NCBI GenBank assembly: GCA_038253515.1
Contig: JBBSHB010000001.1
Location: forward strand, 28,220 to 92,219
Origin: Gemmatimonadales bacterium
GTDB lineage: Bacteria; Gemmatimonadota; Gemmatimonadetes; Gemmatimonadales; GWC2-71-9
Length of the DNA: 64,000 nt
Direction of reading: 5' to 3'
Shown here: positions 9,246 through 20,470 of the stretch, one piece after another
Numbering within the stretch: position 1 is the first letter of the stretch
Layout of the letters: the number at the start of each line of letters is the position of its first letter
Translations under genes and position numbers: made by a program
Notes under the pieces: model-generated
Told to the model about the DNA's origin: nothing
Seen by the model: the letters and a program-made list of their open reading frames with translations, nothing else
The model's database searches: none

Positions 9246-10484
9246 TCACCCGGCCCGGGGAGCGGTCGAATGCACGCCGTAGCGGCTGGCCACGTAGTCC
9301 TCAAGGATCTCGAGGAACTCGGGCACGATCGCCTCACCCTTCAGGGTGAGCATGAGTCGGCCGTCGATGTAGACCGGCGCCTTCGGCTCCTCGAAGGTCC
9401 CGGGGAGCGAGATGCCGATGTTGGCGTGCTTGGACTCACCCGGCCCGTTCACCACGCACCCCATGACGGCGACTTTCATCTCCTCCACGCCGGGCCGCTC
9501 CTCGCGCCACACCGGCATCTTGACGCGAAGGTAGTCCTGGATCTCCTGTGCCATCCGCTGGAAGAAGGTACTGGTCGTGCGGCCACAGCCGGGACAGCTG
9601 GTCACCTGCGGGCTGAAGCTCCGAAGGCCGAGCGACTGAAGGACCTGCTGGGCGACCTGCACCTCCTCGGTGCGGTCGCCGCCCGGGGCCGGCGTGAGGG
9701 AGACGCGGATGGTGTCGCCGATCCCCTCCTCCAGCAGAATGCTGAGGCCGGCCGTGCTCGCGATGATCCCCTTGGACCCCAGGCCCGCCTCGGTGAGACC
9801 GAGATGCAGCGGGTAGTCGCAGCGAGCGGCGAGCATCCGATAGACGTCGACCAGATCCTGCACCCCAGACACCTTCGCGCTGAGGACGATGCGGTCGTGG
9901 GGCAGCCCGGTCTCCTCGGCCAGCGCGGCGGACTGGAGCGCGCTCTCGACCATCGCGTCCATGGTGACGTCGCGGGTGTCCCGCGGCGTGGCCAGCCGGC
10001 CGTTGGCGTCCATCATCTCGGTCAGGAGCTGCTGGTCGAGCGAGCCCCAGTTGACTCCGATCCGCACCGGCTTGTCGTTGGCGATCGCCACGTCGACGAT
10101 GGCGCGGAAGTGCTCGTCGTGCCGCTTTCCGCCGACGTTCCCCGGGTTGATCCGATACTTGGCCAGCGCCCCCGCACAGGCGGGATACCGGGTGAGCAGC
10201 AGGTGGCCGTTGTAGTGGAAGTCCCCGACGATCGGCACCGCGACGCCCATGCGATCGAGTTGCTCGACGATCTCGGGCACCGCCGCCGCCGCCGCCTCGT
10301 TGTTGACCGTGACCCGCACCAGCTCGCTGCCGGCGCGGGCCAGCTCGGCCACCTGCCGGACGGTGCTCGGGACGTCGGCCGTGTCGGTGTTGGTCATCGA
10401 CTGGACCACGACCGGGTGCGCCGAGCCCACGGGCACACCTCCGATCGAGGCGGTGACGGTCCGACGGCGAGGAAAGGGTGGCAT
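9246..10484 (-). CDS. ispG: 4-hydroxy-3-methylbut-2-en-1-yl diphosphate synthase
   Basis: ORF 9246..10847 trimmed to ATG 10484 ([10 protein letters not shown]..). [30 protein letters not shown] and GCVVNGPGE motifs; 412 aa. Confidence 0.95.
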   Translation of the reverse strand: MPPFPRRRTVTASIGGVPVGSAHPVVVQSMTNTDTADVPSTVRQVAELARAGSELVRVTVNNEAAAAAVPEIVEQLDRMGVAVPIVGDFHYNGHLLLTRYPACAGALAKYRINPGNVGGKRHDEHFRAIVDVAIANDKPVRIGVNWGSLDQQLLTEMMDANGRLATPRDTRDVTMDAMVESALQSAALAEETGLPHDRIVLSAKVSGVQDLVDVYRMLAARCDYPLHLGLTEAGLGSKGIIASTAGLSILLEEGIGDTIRVSLTPAPGGDRTEEVQVAQQVLQSLGLRSFSPQVTSCPGCGRTTSTFFQRMAQEIQDYLRVKMPVWREERPGVEEMKVAVMGCVVNGPGESKHANIGISLPGTFEEPKAPVYIDGRLMLTLKGEAIVPEFLEILEDYVASRYGVHSTAPRAG

Positions 10485-10551
10485 CGCCGGAATATAACTC
10501 CGCGCTGGGGGTGTTCTTGCGCGCGGTTCCCGACCTGCGCGAAATTCGGGG

Positions 10552-11559
10552 ATGCCTCCGGACCCCCAGTCTGTCACCCCCCGGGCCGCCATCACCGGCG
10601 TGGCCGGGTACCTGCCGGCGCGCGTGGTGACCAACGCCGAGCTCGCCGCCCGGCTCGACACCTCGGACGAGTGGATCGTCGCTCGAACCGGCATCCGGGA
10701 GCGCCGACTCGGCGCGCCCGGCGAAACGACTTCGACGATGGGCGCGGAGGCGGTGCGCCGACTGATGGCACAGCGCGGCCTGGGACCGGAGGACGTGGGC
10801 ACGCTCATCGTGGCGACCGTCACCCCCGACATGCTCTTCCCCGCCACCGCCTGCCTGATCCAGGACCAGGTGGGCCTCCGAAATATCTGGGGGTTCGACC
10901 TCTCGGCGGCCTGCTCCGGCTTCCTCTACGCCCTCACGACCGGCGCGCAGATGGTGGTGGCCGGCGCGCACCGGCGCGTCATCGTGGTGGGCGCCGACCT
11001 GATGAGCGCGATCATCGACCCGCTCGACCGGACGACGGCGGTCCTGTTCGGCGACGGCGCGGGTGCGGTCCTGCTGGAACGGGCCGAGCCGGGGTTCGGG
11101 ATCCTGGACTTCTATCACCGGGTGGACGGGAGCGGCCGGAACGACCTGCTGATGCCCGCCGGAGGAAGCCTCCACCCGGCGAGCCCGGAGACCGTCGCCG
11201 CCCGGCAACACTTCCTGCGACAGAATGGACGGGTGGTCTTCAAGTTCGCCATCTCCCAGATGGTGGAGTGCGTCGAGACTCTGCTAGGCCGGCACCGGCT
11301 CACGCCCGCCGACATCGCGCTGGTCATCCCCCATCAGGCGAACCAACGGATTCTCGATGCCACCGCCGAGCGGCTGGGCCTACCGGCGGGCCGGATGGCC
11401 TCGGTGATCGCCCGCTACGGCAACACCACCGGCGCGACCCTTCCGCTCGCGCTGGAAGACGCGCTCTGCAACGGCCGCATCAAGCGGGGAGACCTGGTGG
11501 TGTTGGTGGCCGTGGGAGCAGGCTTCACCGTCGGCGCAACCTTGGTGCGCTGGCAGTAG
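10552..11559 (+). CDS. fabH: 3-oxoacyl-ACP synthase III
   Basis: Active-site [17 protein letters not shown] and GNTTGATLP motifs; 335 aa. Confidence 0.9.
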   Translation: MPPDPQSVTPRAAITGVAGYLPARVVTNAELAARLDTSDEWIVARTGIRERRLGAPGETTSTMGAEAVRRLMAQRGLGPEDVGTLIVATVTPDMLFPATACLIQDQVGLRNIWGFDLSAACSGFLYALTTGAQMVVAGAHRRVIVVGADLMSAIIDPLDRTTAVLFGDGAGAVLLERAEPGFGILDFYHRVDGSGRNDLLMPAGGSLHPASPETVAARQHFLRQNGRVVFKFAISQMVECVETLLGRHRLTPADIALVIPHQANQRILDATAERLGLPAGRMASVIARYGNTTGATLPLALEDALCNGRIKRGDLVVLVAVGAGFTVGATLVRWQ

Positions 11560-11577
11560 CGTGGGGCGAGGCGCGAG

Positions 11578-12456
11578 CTAGCGAGCCGTCGAGAACTCGG
11601 CCCGGTCGATGGCCGCGAGATCGGCCGGAGAGAGCGTGAGGTCGGCGGCCTGAATGCTGTCCAGCGCGTGCTCCACGGTGCGCGCGCTCGGAATGGCGAT
11701 CACCGCCGGCGACCGCGCCAGGACCCAGGCGAGCACCAGCGCGTGGGGCGACACGCCGAGCCGGGCGGCCATCGGCCGCAGGACCGGGTGAGAGGGGAGC
11801 GTGCGGTTGAGTCTGCCGCCGCCGGTCGGGCTGTAGGCGAGAAATCCGATGCCTCGTCCGGTGCAGTGACTCACCACCCCGGTCATCAGCGCCTCCCGGA
11901 AGAACGGATTGAGGCGGTTCTGCACGCTGGCGATCGGCACCATCGACTCGGCCGTCCGGATCTGGTCGACGGAGACGTTCGAGAGACCGACCCAACGGAT
12001 CTTGCCCTCCCGGCGCAGCTCCGCCAACGCGCCGACGCTCTCGGCGAAGGGCACCCGCGGGTCGGGAGCGTGGAGCTGGTAGAGGTCGATCCGATCCACC
12101 TCCAGCGCCCGGAGGGAGCGATCGCATGCGGCCCGAAGGTGCGCGGGTCGGGCGTCGCTCTCCCAGCCGCCATTCTGCCGGACGACCCCGCCCTTCGTTG
12201 CCACCAGCACGGTGCCGCGGTCCCCGCACCAACTGCGGAGCGCTCGGGCGATCAGCCGCTCGTTGTGACCGACGTCGGGCTGGTCCAGGCAGTACACGTC
12301 GGCCGTGTCCAGGAGAGTGACGCCGGCATCGAGCACCGCGCGGAGCACCGCCAACGCCTCCGCCTCCGGTGGTCGATCCTGAATGGAGAGATGCATCCCG
12401 CCGTAACCGATGGCGGTGACCGGCGGGGCGTCCAGACCCAGCGAGCGGAGGTTCAT
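11578..12456 (-). CDS. aldo/keto reductase
   Basis: GYGGMHLS, LLDTADVY and IDLYQLH motifs of the AKR superfamily; 292 aa. Confidence 0.85.
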   Translation of the reverse strand: MNLRSLGLDAPPVTAIGYGGMHLSIQDRPPEAEALAVLRAVLDAGVTLLDTADVYCLDQPDVGHNERLIARALRSWCGDRGTVLVATKGGVVRQNGGWESDARPAHLRAACDRSLRALEVDRIDLYQLHAPDPRVPFAESVGALAELRREGKIRWVGLSNVSVDQIRTAESMVPIASVQNRLNPFFREALMTGVVSHCTGRGIGFLAYSPTGGGRLNRTLPSHPVLRPMAARLGVSPHALVLAWVLARSPAVIAIPSARTVEHALDSIQAADLTLSPADLAAIDRAEFSTAR

Positions 12457-12484
12457 CGGCCTCCGAATCCGATCGCGACAGGCC

Positions 12485-12757
12485 TCACGCGAGTCCCAAC
12501 TGCCTCGTGAGCCGGCGCCAGTCGTCCGCGCCGAGGATGCCCTGTTCCAGCAAGGGGCTCAGGGTCGCGAGGATCTCCGCGCGGGAGCCGTCGATCCGCC
12601 GGTCCCGCAGCTCGGTGATCATACGGGAAAACCGGTGCTCGTACTCGTCCGCCTTGAGGTCCCCACTGGTGCGCTGGGCCGAGAGCTTCCGGAGCTCTTC
12701 CGCCACCCGCGCGGGGGTCACGGGCTTGAGGGTGTCGCCCTGCTGGTCAGCCGACAT
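12485..12757 (-). CDS. hypothetical small protein (two SHOCT-like motifs, tentative)
   Basis: 90-aa ORF with ATG start and GC3 bias. ELRKLSAQRTSGDLKADEYEHRF and LLEQGILGADDWRRLTRQL resemble the short SHOCT motif. Recalled pattern only. Confidence 0.45.
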   Translation of the reverse strand: MSADQQGDTLKPVTPARVAEELRKLSAQRTSGDLKADEYEHRFSRMITELRDRRIDGSRAEILATLSPLLEQGILGADDWRRLTRQLGLA

Positions 12758-12895
12758 GTCATACCTCTCGCAATGCCATGGGTGAGGTGAACCGGCGATC
12801 CGCCTGCATTATGCCCCGCACCGGCGCGCCACGTCCAGGGTCGGGACCGGGAACCAGCCCCCGTGGATCGGACGCGACGCGGCCGGCGGCGGAAA

Positions 12896-13303
12896 CTACC
12901 GGCGCGGGATCCGGCGAGCTCCGCTGGGACCGAGGCAGCGGCGCACCTCTCGCACCAAGGCGTCCACGGAAAACGGCTTTCCCAGGACGGCGCAGGGCGC
13001 GGTGACGCCGACGTCGACCAGATGCTCGGTAGCATATCCGGACATCAGGATGACCGGCAGGGCGGGATGGGACGCGGAAAGGGTCCGGAGCAACTCGACG
13101 CCGTCGAGTCGAGGCATGACGACGTCGGTCACGACCAGACCCAGCGGCCGCTGCAGCTCGCCGACCAGCTCGAGGGCCTCCACCCCGTCTTTCGCGGTGG
13201 ACACCTGGTACCCCTGCCCTTCCAACGCGCGGGCGGCGAAGCGCCGCACGGCGGGCTCATCGTCGACGACGAGGACGTGCGCAAGCGCCCCGGGGGAAGG
13301 CAT
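12896..13303 (-). CDS. response regulator, receiver domain only
   Basis: HVLVVDDEPAVRRF..VVTDVVMPRLDG..LMSGY..GKPF receiver motifs. 135 aa, with no output domain and no adjacent histidine kinase. Confidence 0.85.
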   Translation of the reverse strand: MPSPGALAHVLVVDDEPAVRRFAARALEGQGYQVSTAKDGVEALELVGELQRPLGLVVTDVVMPRLDGVELLRTLSASHPALPVILMSGYATEHLVDVGVTAPCAVLGKPFSVDALVREVRRCLGPSGARRIPRR

Positions 13304-13531
13304 CGGTCAAATGTAACCGCAGTTGGCCGCGGCCGACCTTGCGGTGCAGGCGACTCGTCGCCGGCTTTCGTATTTGTCGCGACTGGAAGGGCCCGCGCGC
13401 CCCATCTCCCGTCGCCGCGCTGTGTGTCCTCGGATCTTGCGGGGCCTCGCTCCGCCGGTAGGTTGGAAGGCGGTTCTGTCGCAAGTCACTCCACAACCCC
13501 TCAGCTCCGGTCCCGACCAAGGGGGGTATCC

Positions 13532-14113
13532 ATGCACCCACGCATCCCTTCCAGTCTCACCCTCATCGCGCTCCTCCTCGCCTGTGACGATCATCCGGCC
13601 GCGCTCGCCCCTGAAGGGGCGTTGGCGGTCGACTCGCCCGTCTACGCCAGCGCCGCGAGCGAGATCGCGCGGCTCCGCCGGCTGGTCGCGCCGTTCCACG
13701 ACTTCGATGCAGCCGTGGCCGCCGGCTGGTTCGCGCCGATCACCCCCTGCCTCGAGCAGCCCGGACTCGGCGCGATGGGATTCCACTATAGCAACCCCGC
13801 GTTCATCGGAGACGGCGGCACCGTCGAGCTGCTCCAGCCCGAACTCCTGCTCTACGAGCCGCAGAAGAACGGGAAGCTGCGGTTCGTCGGGGTGGAGTAC
13901 ATCGTGCCGTTCGCCGATCACCCGACAACCGCGGCCCCGCCAACCCTGCTGGGTCAGGAGTTCGCGCAGGTACCGGAGTTCGGAGTCTGGGGCCTCCACA
14001 TCTGGGTGGGCCGGGAGAACCCGAGCGGGATTTTCGCCAGCTGGAATCCGAAGGTGAGTTGCGAGCACGCCGGGCTTCAGAGGGTCAGCACAGGACATCA
14101 TCATGGACCGTGA
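13532..14113 (+). CDS. hypothetical lipoprotein
   Basis: C-terminal part of ORF 12863..14113. ATG 13532 is preceded by AAGGGGGG. Lipobox LIALLLAC|DD. The remainder (MGFHYSNP..LHIWVGRENPSGIF..WNPKVSC) is not assignable to a named family by me. Confidence 0.6.
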   Translation: MHPRIPSSLTLIALLLACDDHPAALAPEGALAVDSPVYASAASEIARLRRLVAPFHDFDAAVAAGWFAPITPCLEQPGLGAMGFHYSNPAFIGDGGTVELLQPELLLYEPQKNGKLRFVGVEYIVPFADHPTTAAPPTLLGQEFAQVPEFGVWGLHIWVGRENPSGIFASWNPKVSCEHAGLQRVSTGHHHGP

Positions 14114-14144
14114 CGGGGGCCGGCGCCACGGCGCGGCCCGACGC

Positions 14145-14178
14145 TAACGGGGTGCCCGGCTTCGGCCGGGCACCCCGT
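14145..14178. terminator. bidirectional stem-loop between convergent genes
   Basis: AACGGGGTGCCCGGC-TTCG-GCCGGGCACCCCGTT: perfect 15-bp stem with a TTCG tetraloop, between the lipoprotein gene (+) and nrdJ (-). Only short T/A runs flank it. Confidence 0.6.
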
Positions 14179-14336
14179 TCGGCATCCGCGACGGGATGCG
14201 AGGGATTCCGACGCCCGGATACCTCAAAGGGATGCCCGCCACGACGAGCACCCCCTTGGGCTGCCGCCGCCCTATCCAATGGGCGTGCGACACTTACGAT
14301 TTTGCAGAAGCGACTACCACGACTTCGTTCTCGCGA

Positions 14337-16856
14337 TCACCCGCACTCGCTGAACCCGCACACGTGGCACTTCATGCATCCCTCGGCGAACTCGAGCTGC
14401 GAGCCGCAGTCGGGGCAGGCGCCGGAGAGAGTGTCCTGCATGCCCCCCAGCATCATCTGTTCGCCGCCGAGCCCGGGATAGGACACCCGCTCTGCCACCA
14501 CCGGCGCGGGCTCCACCGCGGCCGGCGCACCGGGCAAGAGCTCCTGCTGAATCCCCTGCTTCTGCTGCATCCACCGCTCGATGGCGATGCCGACGGCGTC
14601 GGGGACCGAGAGCACCTTGTTGGGACCCAGACCGATGACCCGGTCGGAGCTGATCCCGCGAAGTTGCCGATAGATCTCCTTCATCGGAATCCCCGACCGG
14701 AGGGCCAGGCTGATGAGCCGGCCAAGCGCTTCGACATCGGCCATCAAGGCGCCACCGGCCTTGCCGAGGCTCATGAACACCTCGAACGGCTGCCCGCGGT
14801 CGTCCTCGGTGATGGTCACGTACAGCGTGCCAAGCGGTGTCTCCAGCCGGCGGGTGGCACCCCGGAGCAGCTCGGGACGGGAGCGCTTCTGCCGACGCTG
14901 CAGGTTCTCCGCCTCGAGCTCGTGCACCATCTTCCGGAGCCGCTCGTTGTCCGCCTCGAGCTCCGCGAGCTGCCCCTTGAGCTCGGGTACCGCATCGCCT
15001 CCCCCCGCCCTCATTCCGGCCAGGTCCGATCGCGCCTCCGACTTGCCGCTCGAGGTCGCCTGGTCGTGCACCTTCCTGGCCGTGGAGCCGGTGGAGAGCA
15101 CCTGCATGTCCCGGCTCCCATCGCGGTAGACCGTGACGCCCTTGCATTTGAGCCGGTATGCCAGGCGGTAGATCTCTTCGACGTACTCCTCGGTGGCCTC
15201 GTTGGCGAAGTTGCAGGTCTTGGAGATGGCACTGTCGTTGAATTCCTGGAATGCCGCCTGCATCCGGATGTGCCATTCGGGCTTGATGTGGTTGGCGGTG
15301 ACGAACACGCGCTGCCACCTGGCCGGCACCTCGGGCAAGTCGATGTGCCCCGACGCCGCGATTCGCCGCATCAGGTCCTCGGAGTGCCAGCCTTCGGCCT
15401 TGGCGATCGCGACGAAGTCCTCGTTCACGTCGGGCATGAGCACGCCAGCCTGGTTCCGCATGAACGCCACGGCGAAGAGCGGCTCGATACCCGAGCTGCA
15501 CCCGGCGATGATCGAGATCGTCCCGGTCGGCGCGACGGTGGTGACGTTGCAATTCCGCAGCCGGCGCATGGGCCGCACCCGCTCGCCCTTGGGCCCGCGG
15601 GCGCAGGTCTGGTCGGGACCCCAGATGCTGCGCTCCCATTCGGGGAAGACGCCACGCTCGCGGGCGAGTCGCTCCGACTCGACCTTGGCTTCCTCGTCCA
15701 CGAACTGCTGCATCCGACGCCCCAGCGCCACGCCCTCCTCGGAGTCGTACGGGATGCCGAGCTTGACGAACAGATCGGCCAGCCCCATCACGCCCAGACC
15801 GATCCGGCGGATCCGCTGCGCCAGCTCGGTGATCTCGGGGAGGGGATACTGATTGGCGTCGATCACATTCTCCAGGAAATGGGTCGAGAGATGCACCACG
15901 CGCCGCAGATCGTCCCAGTCGATCTGTCCCTCCCGCACGAAGGCGCCCAGGTTGATCGAGCCGAGGTTGCAGACGTCATAGGGAAGGAGGGGCTGCTCGC
16001 CGCAGGGGTTGGTCGCCTCGTAGGAGCCGAGGTGGGGCACCGGATTGTAGTAGTTGGCCTTGTCGATGAAGAAGACGCCGGGCTCCCCGGTCTTCCAGGC
16101 GCCGTGGATGATCCGGCCCCAGACCTCGCGCGCCGGAAGCTGCCCGGTCACCTTGCCGGTCTTGGGATGGTGCAGGTCGTACAGCGCGTCGGCCTCGACC
16201 GCCGTCATGAAAGCGTCGGTGACCGCGACCGAGATGTTGAAGTTGGTGATCTTGCTCGTGTCGTCCTTGCAGGTGATGAACTCCATGATGTCCGGATGGT
16301 CCACCCGGAGGATGCCCATGTTGGCTCCGCGACGCGTGCCGCCCTGCTTGACCACGTCGGTGGAGGCGTCGAACAGGCTCATGAAGGAGACCGGACCGGA
16401 CGCCACGCCCATGGTGGAGCGCACGATGTCGTTCTTGGGCCGGAGCCGGGAGAAGCTGAACCCGGTGCCGCCGCCCGACTGGTGGACCAGCGCCATGGCG
16501 CGCAGCGTGTCGTAGATCCCGCTCTTGCCGTTGGAGAGCGAATCCTCCACCGGCAGCACGAAGCAGGCGGAGAGCTGGCCCAGCGGTCGGCCGGCGTTCA
16601 TCAGCGTCGGCGAGTTGGGCACGAAGTACCGCTCGGCCATCAGCCCGAAGAACGCCTGGGCGACCTCTTCCACCCCACCGACCGACGCACCATAGCGGCG
16701 ATCCGCTTCCGCCACGGTCCGGGCCACCCGCCAGAACAGCGCCTCGGGTGTCTCCACTGGCTTGCCGGCGTCATCCTTGATGAGATACCGCTTCTCGAGG
16801 ACCGTGATGGCATTGGGCGACAGCCGGACCGCGTCCCGTGGGGTGGACGAATTCAT
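14337..16856 (-). CDS. nrdJ: adenosylcobalamin-dependent (class II) ribonucleotide reductase
   Basis: ORF 14337..16979 trimmed to ATG 16856 (MNSSTPRDAVRLSPNAITVLEKRYL..). NPCGEQPL active-site motif and TVYRDGSR. C-terminal module has GKAGG..LISLALRSG and a CPDCG..CMKCHVCG zinc ribbon; 839 aa. Confidence 0.95.
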   Translation of the reverse strand: MNSSTPRDAVRLSPNAITVLEKRYLIKDDAGKPVETPEALFWRVARTVAEADRRYGASVGGVEEVAQAFFGLMAERYFVPNSPTLMNAGRPLGQLSACFVLPVEDSLSNGKSGIYDTLRAMALVHQSGGGTGFSFSRLRPKNDIVRSTMGVASGPVSFMSLFDASTDVVKQGGTRRGANMGILRVDHPDIMEFITCKDDTSKITNFNISVAVTDAFMTAVEADALYDLHHPKTGKVTGQLPAREVWGRIIHGAWKTGEPGVFFIDKANYYNPVPHLGSYEATNPCGEQPLLPYDVCNLGSINLGAFVREGQIDWDDLRRVVHLSTHFLENVIDANQYPLPEITELAQRIRRIGLGVMGLADLFVKLGIPYDSEEGVALGRRMQQFVDEEAKVESERLARERGVFPEWERSIWGPDQTCARGPKGERVRPMRRLRNCNVTTVAPTGTISIIAGCSSGIEPLFAVAFMRNQAGVLMPDVNEDFVAIAKAEGWHSEDLMRRIAASGHIDLPEVPARWQRVFVTANHIKPEWHIRMQAAFQEFNDSAISKTCNFANEATEEYVEEIYRLAYRLKCKGVTVYRDGSRDMQVLSTGSTARKVHDQATSSGKSEARSDLAGMRAGGGDAVPELKGQLAELEADNERLRKMVHELEAENLQRRQKRSRPELLRGATRRLETPLGTLYVTITEDDRGQPFEVFMSLGKAGGALMADVEALGRLISLALRSGIPMKEIYRQLRGISSDRVIGLGPNKVLSVPDAVGIAIERWMQQKQGIQQELLPGAPAAVEPAPVVAERVSYPGLGGEQMMLGGMQDTLSGACPDCGSQLEFAEGCMKCHVCGFSECG

Positions 16857-16963
16857 GGAGTTCCCCGCATGCAAGTTGGAAAGGTAGAGGGTGCCGCGAC
16901 GGCGTCGACCCGCATCGTACCACTCAGCTCCAAAACGGAAGGCCAAGGTAGGCCAACGATGAA

Positions 16964-17082
16964 GCCCACACAATACCACGGCAAAAGGCCGCAGCTGCGT
17001 GCGATGCCGCTACCCACATCACAAAGATAACCACGTCTGCCGGTGTGGAAACCGTGGATACCGTGTGCTTGGATTTGTGGGA
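16964..17082 (-). promoter_or_regulatory. three copies of a CGTGG-(AT-rich)-TGTG..TGTGGG motif upstream of nrdJ (candidate operator)
   Basis: Minus-strand copies CCGTGGTATTGTGTGGGC (16981-16964) and ACGTGGTTATCTTTGTGATGTGGGT (17036-17012). Plus-strand copy CCGTGGATACCGTGTGCTTGGATTTGTGGGA (17052-17082). They lie 108-226 nt upstream of the nrdJ ATG in a locally less GC-rich stretch. Confidence 0.3.
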
Positions 17083-17100
17083 CGGAAAACGCCTGTCGCC

Positions 17101-17123
17101 GATCACGCGCAGGGGCGCGATCC
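17101..17123 (-). terminator. possible terminator after the kinase / gamma-CA operon
   Basis: GATCGCGC-CCCT-GCGCG(T)GATC hairpin on the minus strand, just after the stop at 17134. A TTTTCC run follows only about 11 nt later, so this is weak. Confidence 0.3.
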
Positions 17124-17133
17124 GTGGATCGAC

Positions 17134-17645
17134 TCAGCCGCTCGGCGCCGGGTGCAGGGGATACCGACCGGCGCGGTGCGCGCGCGCCTGCTCCACGTAG
17201 TGCGCCCAGGTGGCGGCCACCCGCTCGGTCAACGCCGCATCGACCGACCGGACGATCCGCCCCGGCACGCCCATGACGAGAGAGCGGGGCGGCACCTGCA
17301 TGCCTTCGGGGATCACCGCCCCCGCGGCCACCACGCTGCCGGTGCCGATCCGCACACGGTTGAGCAGGATACTCCCCATCCCGACGAGACAGTCGTCTTC
17401 CACGGTGCACCCGTGCAGGATGACCCGATGTCCGACGCCCACCCGCGCCCCGATGGAGCAGGGCTCCCCTTCGTCCACATGGACGATGGTGCCGTCCTGC
17501 AGGTTGGTCTGTGGGCCGATGGTGATCGGCGCCATGTCGCCGCGGAGGACGGCGCCGAACCAGACGCTCGCCTCGGCGCCGATCGTGACGTCACCCATGA
17601 CGGATGCGGTAGGAGCGATGAAGGCGGTGGGATGTATCCCGCCGC

Positions 17646-17649
<4 letters not shown>
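17134..17649 (-). CDS. gamma-carbonic-anhydrase-like hexapeptide-repeat protein (YrdA/PaaY family)
   Basis: ORF 17134..17952 trimmed to ATG 17649 (MSGGIHPTAFIAPTASVMGDVTIG..), which overlaps the kinase stop as ATGA. Left-handed beta-helix repeats and IVHVD..GHRVILHG; 171 aa. Confidence 0.85.
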
Positions 17650-19703
<2,054 letters not shown>

Positions 19704-19915
19704 GGGCGCAAGCTATCCTTCCCGCTTAGGGAGTCAAGCGGATCCCGTGGCGTATCGCGAGAGCCGTTGCGGACGGCACGAGCGCCCCGGACATGACCGC
19801 GCCGCGTCCCCCGAGGCACTTCTGGCACGACCTATGCACTTCGCGCAACGAGCGCCCGGGCGGTCCGGGCCTCATTCCTGGCTCAGCTGCCCCCCATCGT
19901 TTCAGCGGAGATCCC

Positions 19916-20368
19916 GTGGTACCGTATCACACGATCGCTTTCAGCCAGCAGAAGCTTCGGGCCGCGTTGCGCCGCGCCGCGGGGCAGGATCCCGCCTTCA
20001 CCTATGGCTTCGTGGTCCATTCCCGGCGTTACAGCGACCACCCCACGCTGGGGTTGATCACCCTGCACGGTGAGAGCCTCGCCCTGAATGAGCGCCTGCT
20101 CAGGTCGCTGGATGGAGCATCGCTCTGGCTGTTCGGACACGCGAGGATCACCCTGGGCGTCGGCAGTCCGACCGAGTCGGCTGAAGGAAGCAAGGCCGAT
20201 CCGGCCGACCGGCCACTTTCGTCCCTGCTGATGCACATCGCGACGTTCGACACGACCGCGGGCATCACCCAGCATCTGGTGCAGGTCGAGGCGCTGGTCA
20301 AGGCCGAAACGCTGGTCCAGCCGCTGCTGGTGCTGACCCACGCCCGCCCTGCAGCCTGGCCGATGTGA
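19916..20368 (+). CDS. hypothetical protein (no family recognised)
   Basis: Part of ORF 19793..20368. I favour GTG 19916, which is preceded by GGAG. It fills the only gap between two minus-strand genes, has GC3 bias, and is followed by a perfect hairpin. Confidence 0.45.
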   Translation: MVPYHTIAFSQQKLRAALRRAAGQDPAFTYGFVVHSRRYSDHPTLGLITLHGESLALNERLLRSLDGASLWLFGHARITLGVGSPTESAEGSKADPADRPLSSLLMHIATFDTTAGITQHLVQVEALVKAETLVQPLLVLTHARPAAWPM

Positions 20369-20396
20369 GGCGCTGTTCGCTCGGCCGTTGAACGAC

Positions 20397-20423
20397 GACC
20401 CCCCTTGGATTCCAAGGGGGGTC
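20397..20423. terminator. perfect palindromic stem-loop between convergent genes
   Basis: GACCCCCCTTGGA-T-TCCAAGGGGGGTC: 13-nt arms with a minimal centre, so the innermost pairs must open to form the loop. Followed by GACTGTTTCC on the plus strand. Confidence 0.6.
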
Positions 20424-20470
20424 GACTGTTTCCGGAGCGCCGATCGAGGGCGCGGCCCACTCCCGCCGCC

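Noticed and set aside
9111-11639. 842-aa plus-strand ORF, and the 591-aa minus-strand ORF 9436..11211.
   Set aside because: They overlap ispG (antisense or off-frame) and fabH. They contain no recognisable motifs and their composition is that of high-GC artefacts.
13307-14104. 265-aa minus-strand ORF and 13323..14057 (+) 244 aa, overlapping the lipoprotein gene.
   Set aside because: The plus-strand frame starting at ATG 13532 has an SD-like AAGGGGGG, a lipobox and a non-repetitive sequence. The alternatives are Arg/Pro-rich.
14196-17030. 944-aa plus-strand ORF, and 14314..15639 (-) 441 aa.
   Set aside because: They are antisense or out of frame to the unambiguous nrdJ gene.
16857-17133. Cobalamin riboswitch upstream of nrdJ, and an intein inside nrdJ.
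   Set aside because: I saw no B12-box-like sequence, and B12 riboswitches normally control B12-independent isozymes. The internal coiled-coil segment (ELKGQLAELEADNERLRKMVHELEAENL) is a variable linker before the C-terminal module. It lacks intein splice-junction motifs, and the protein length is ordinary.
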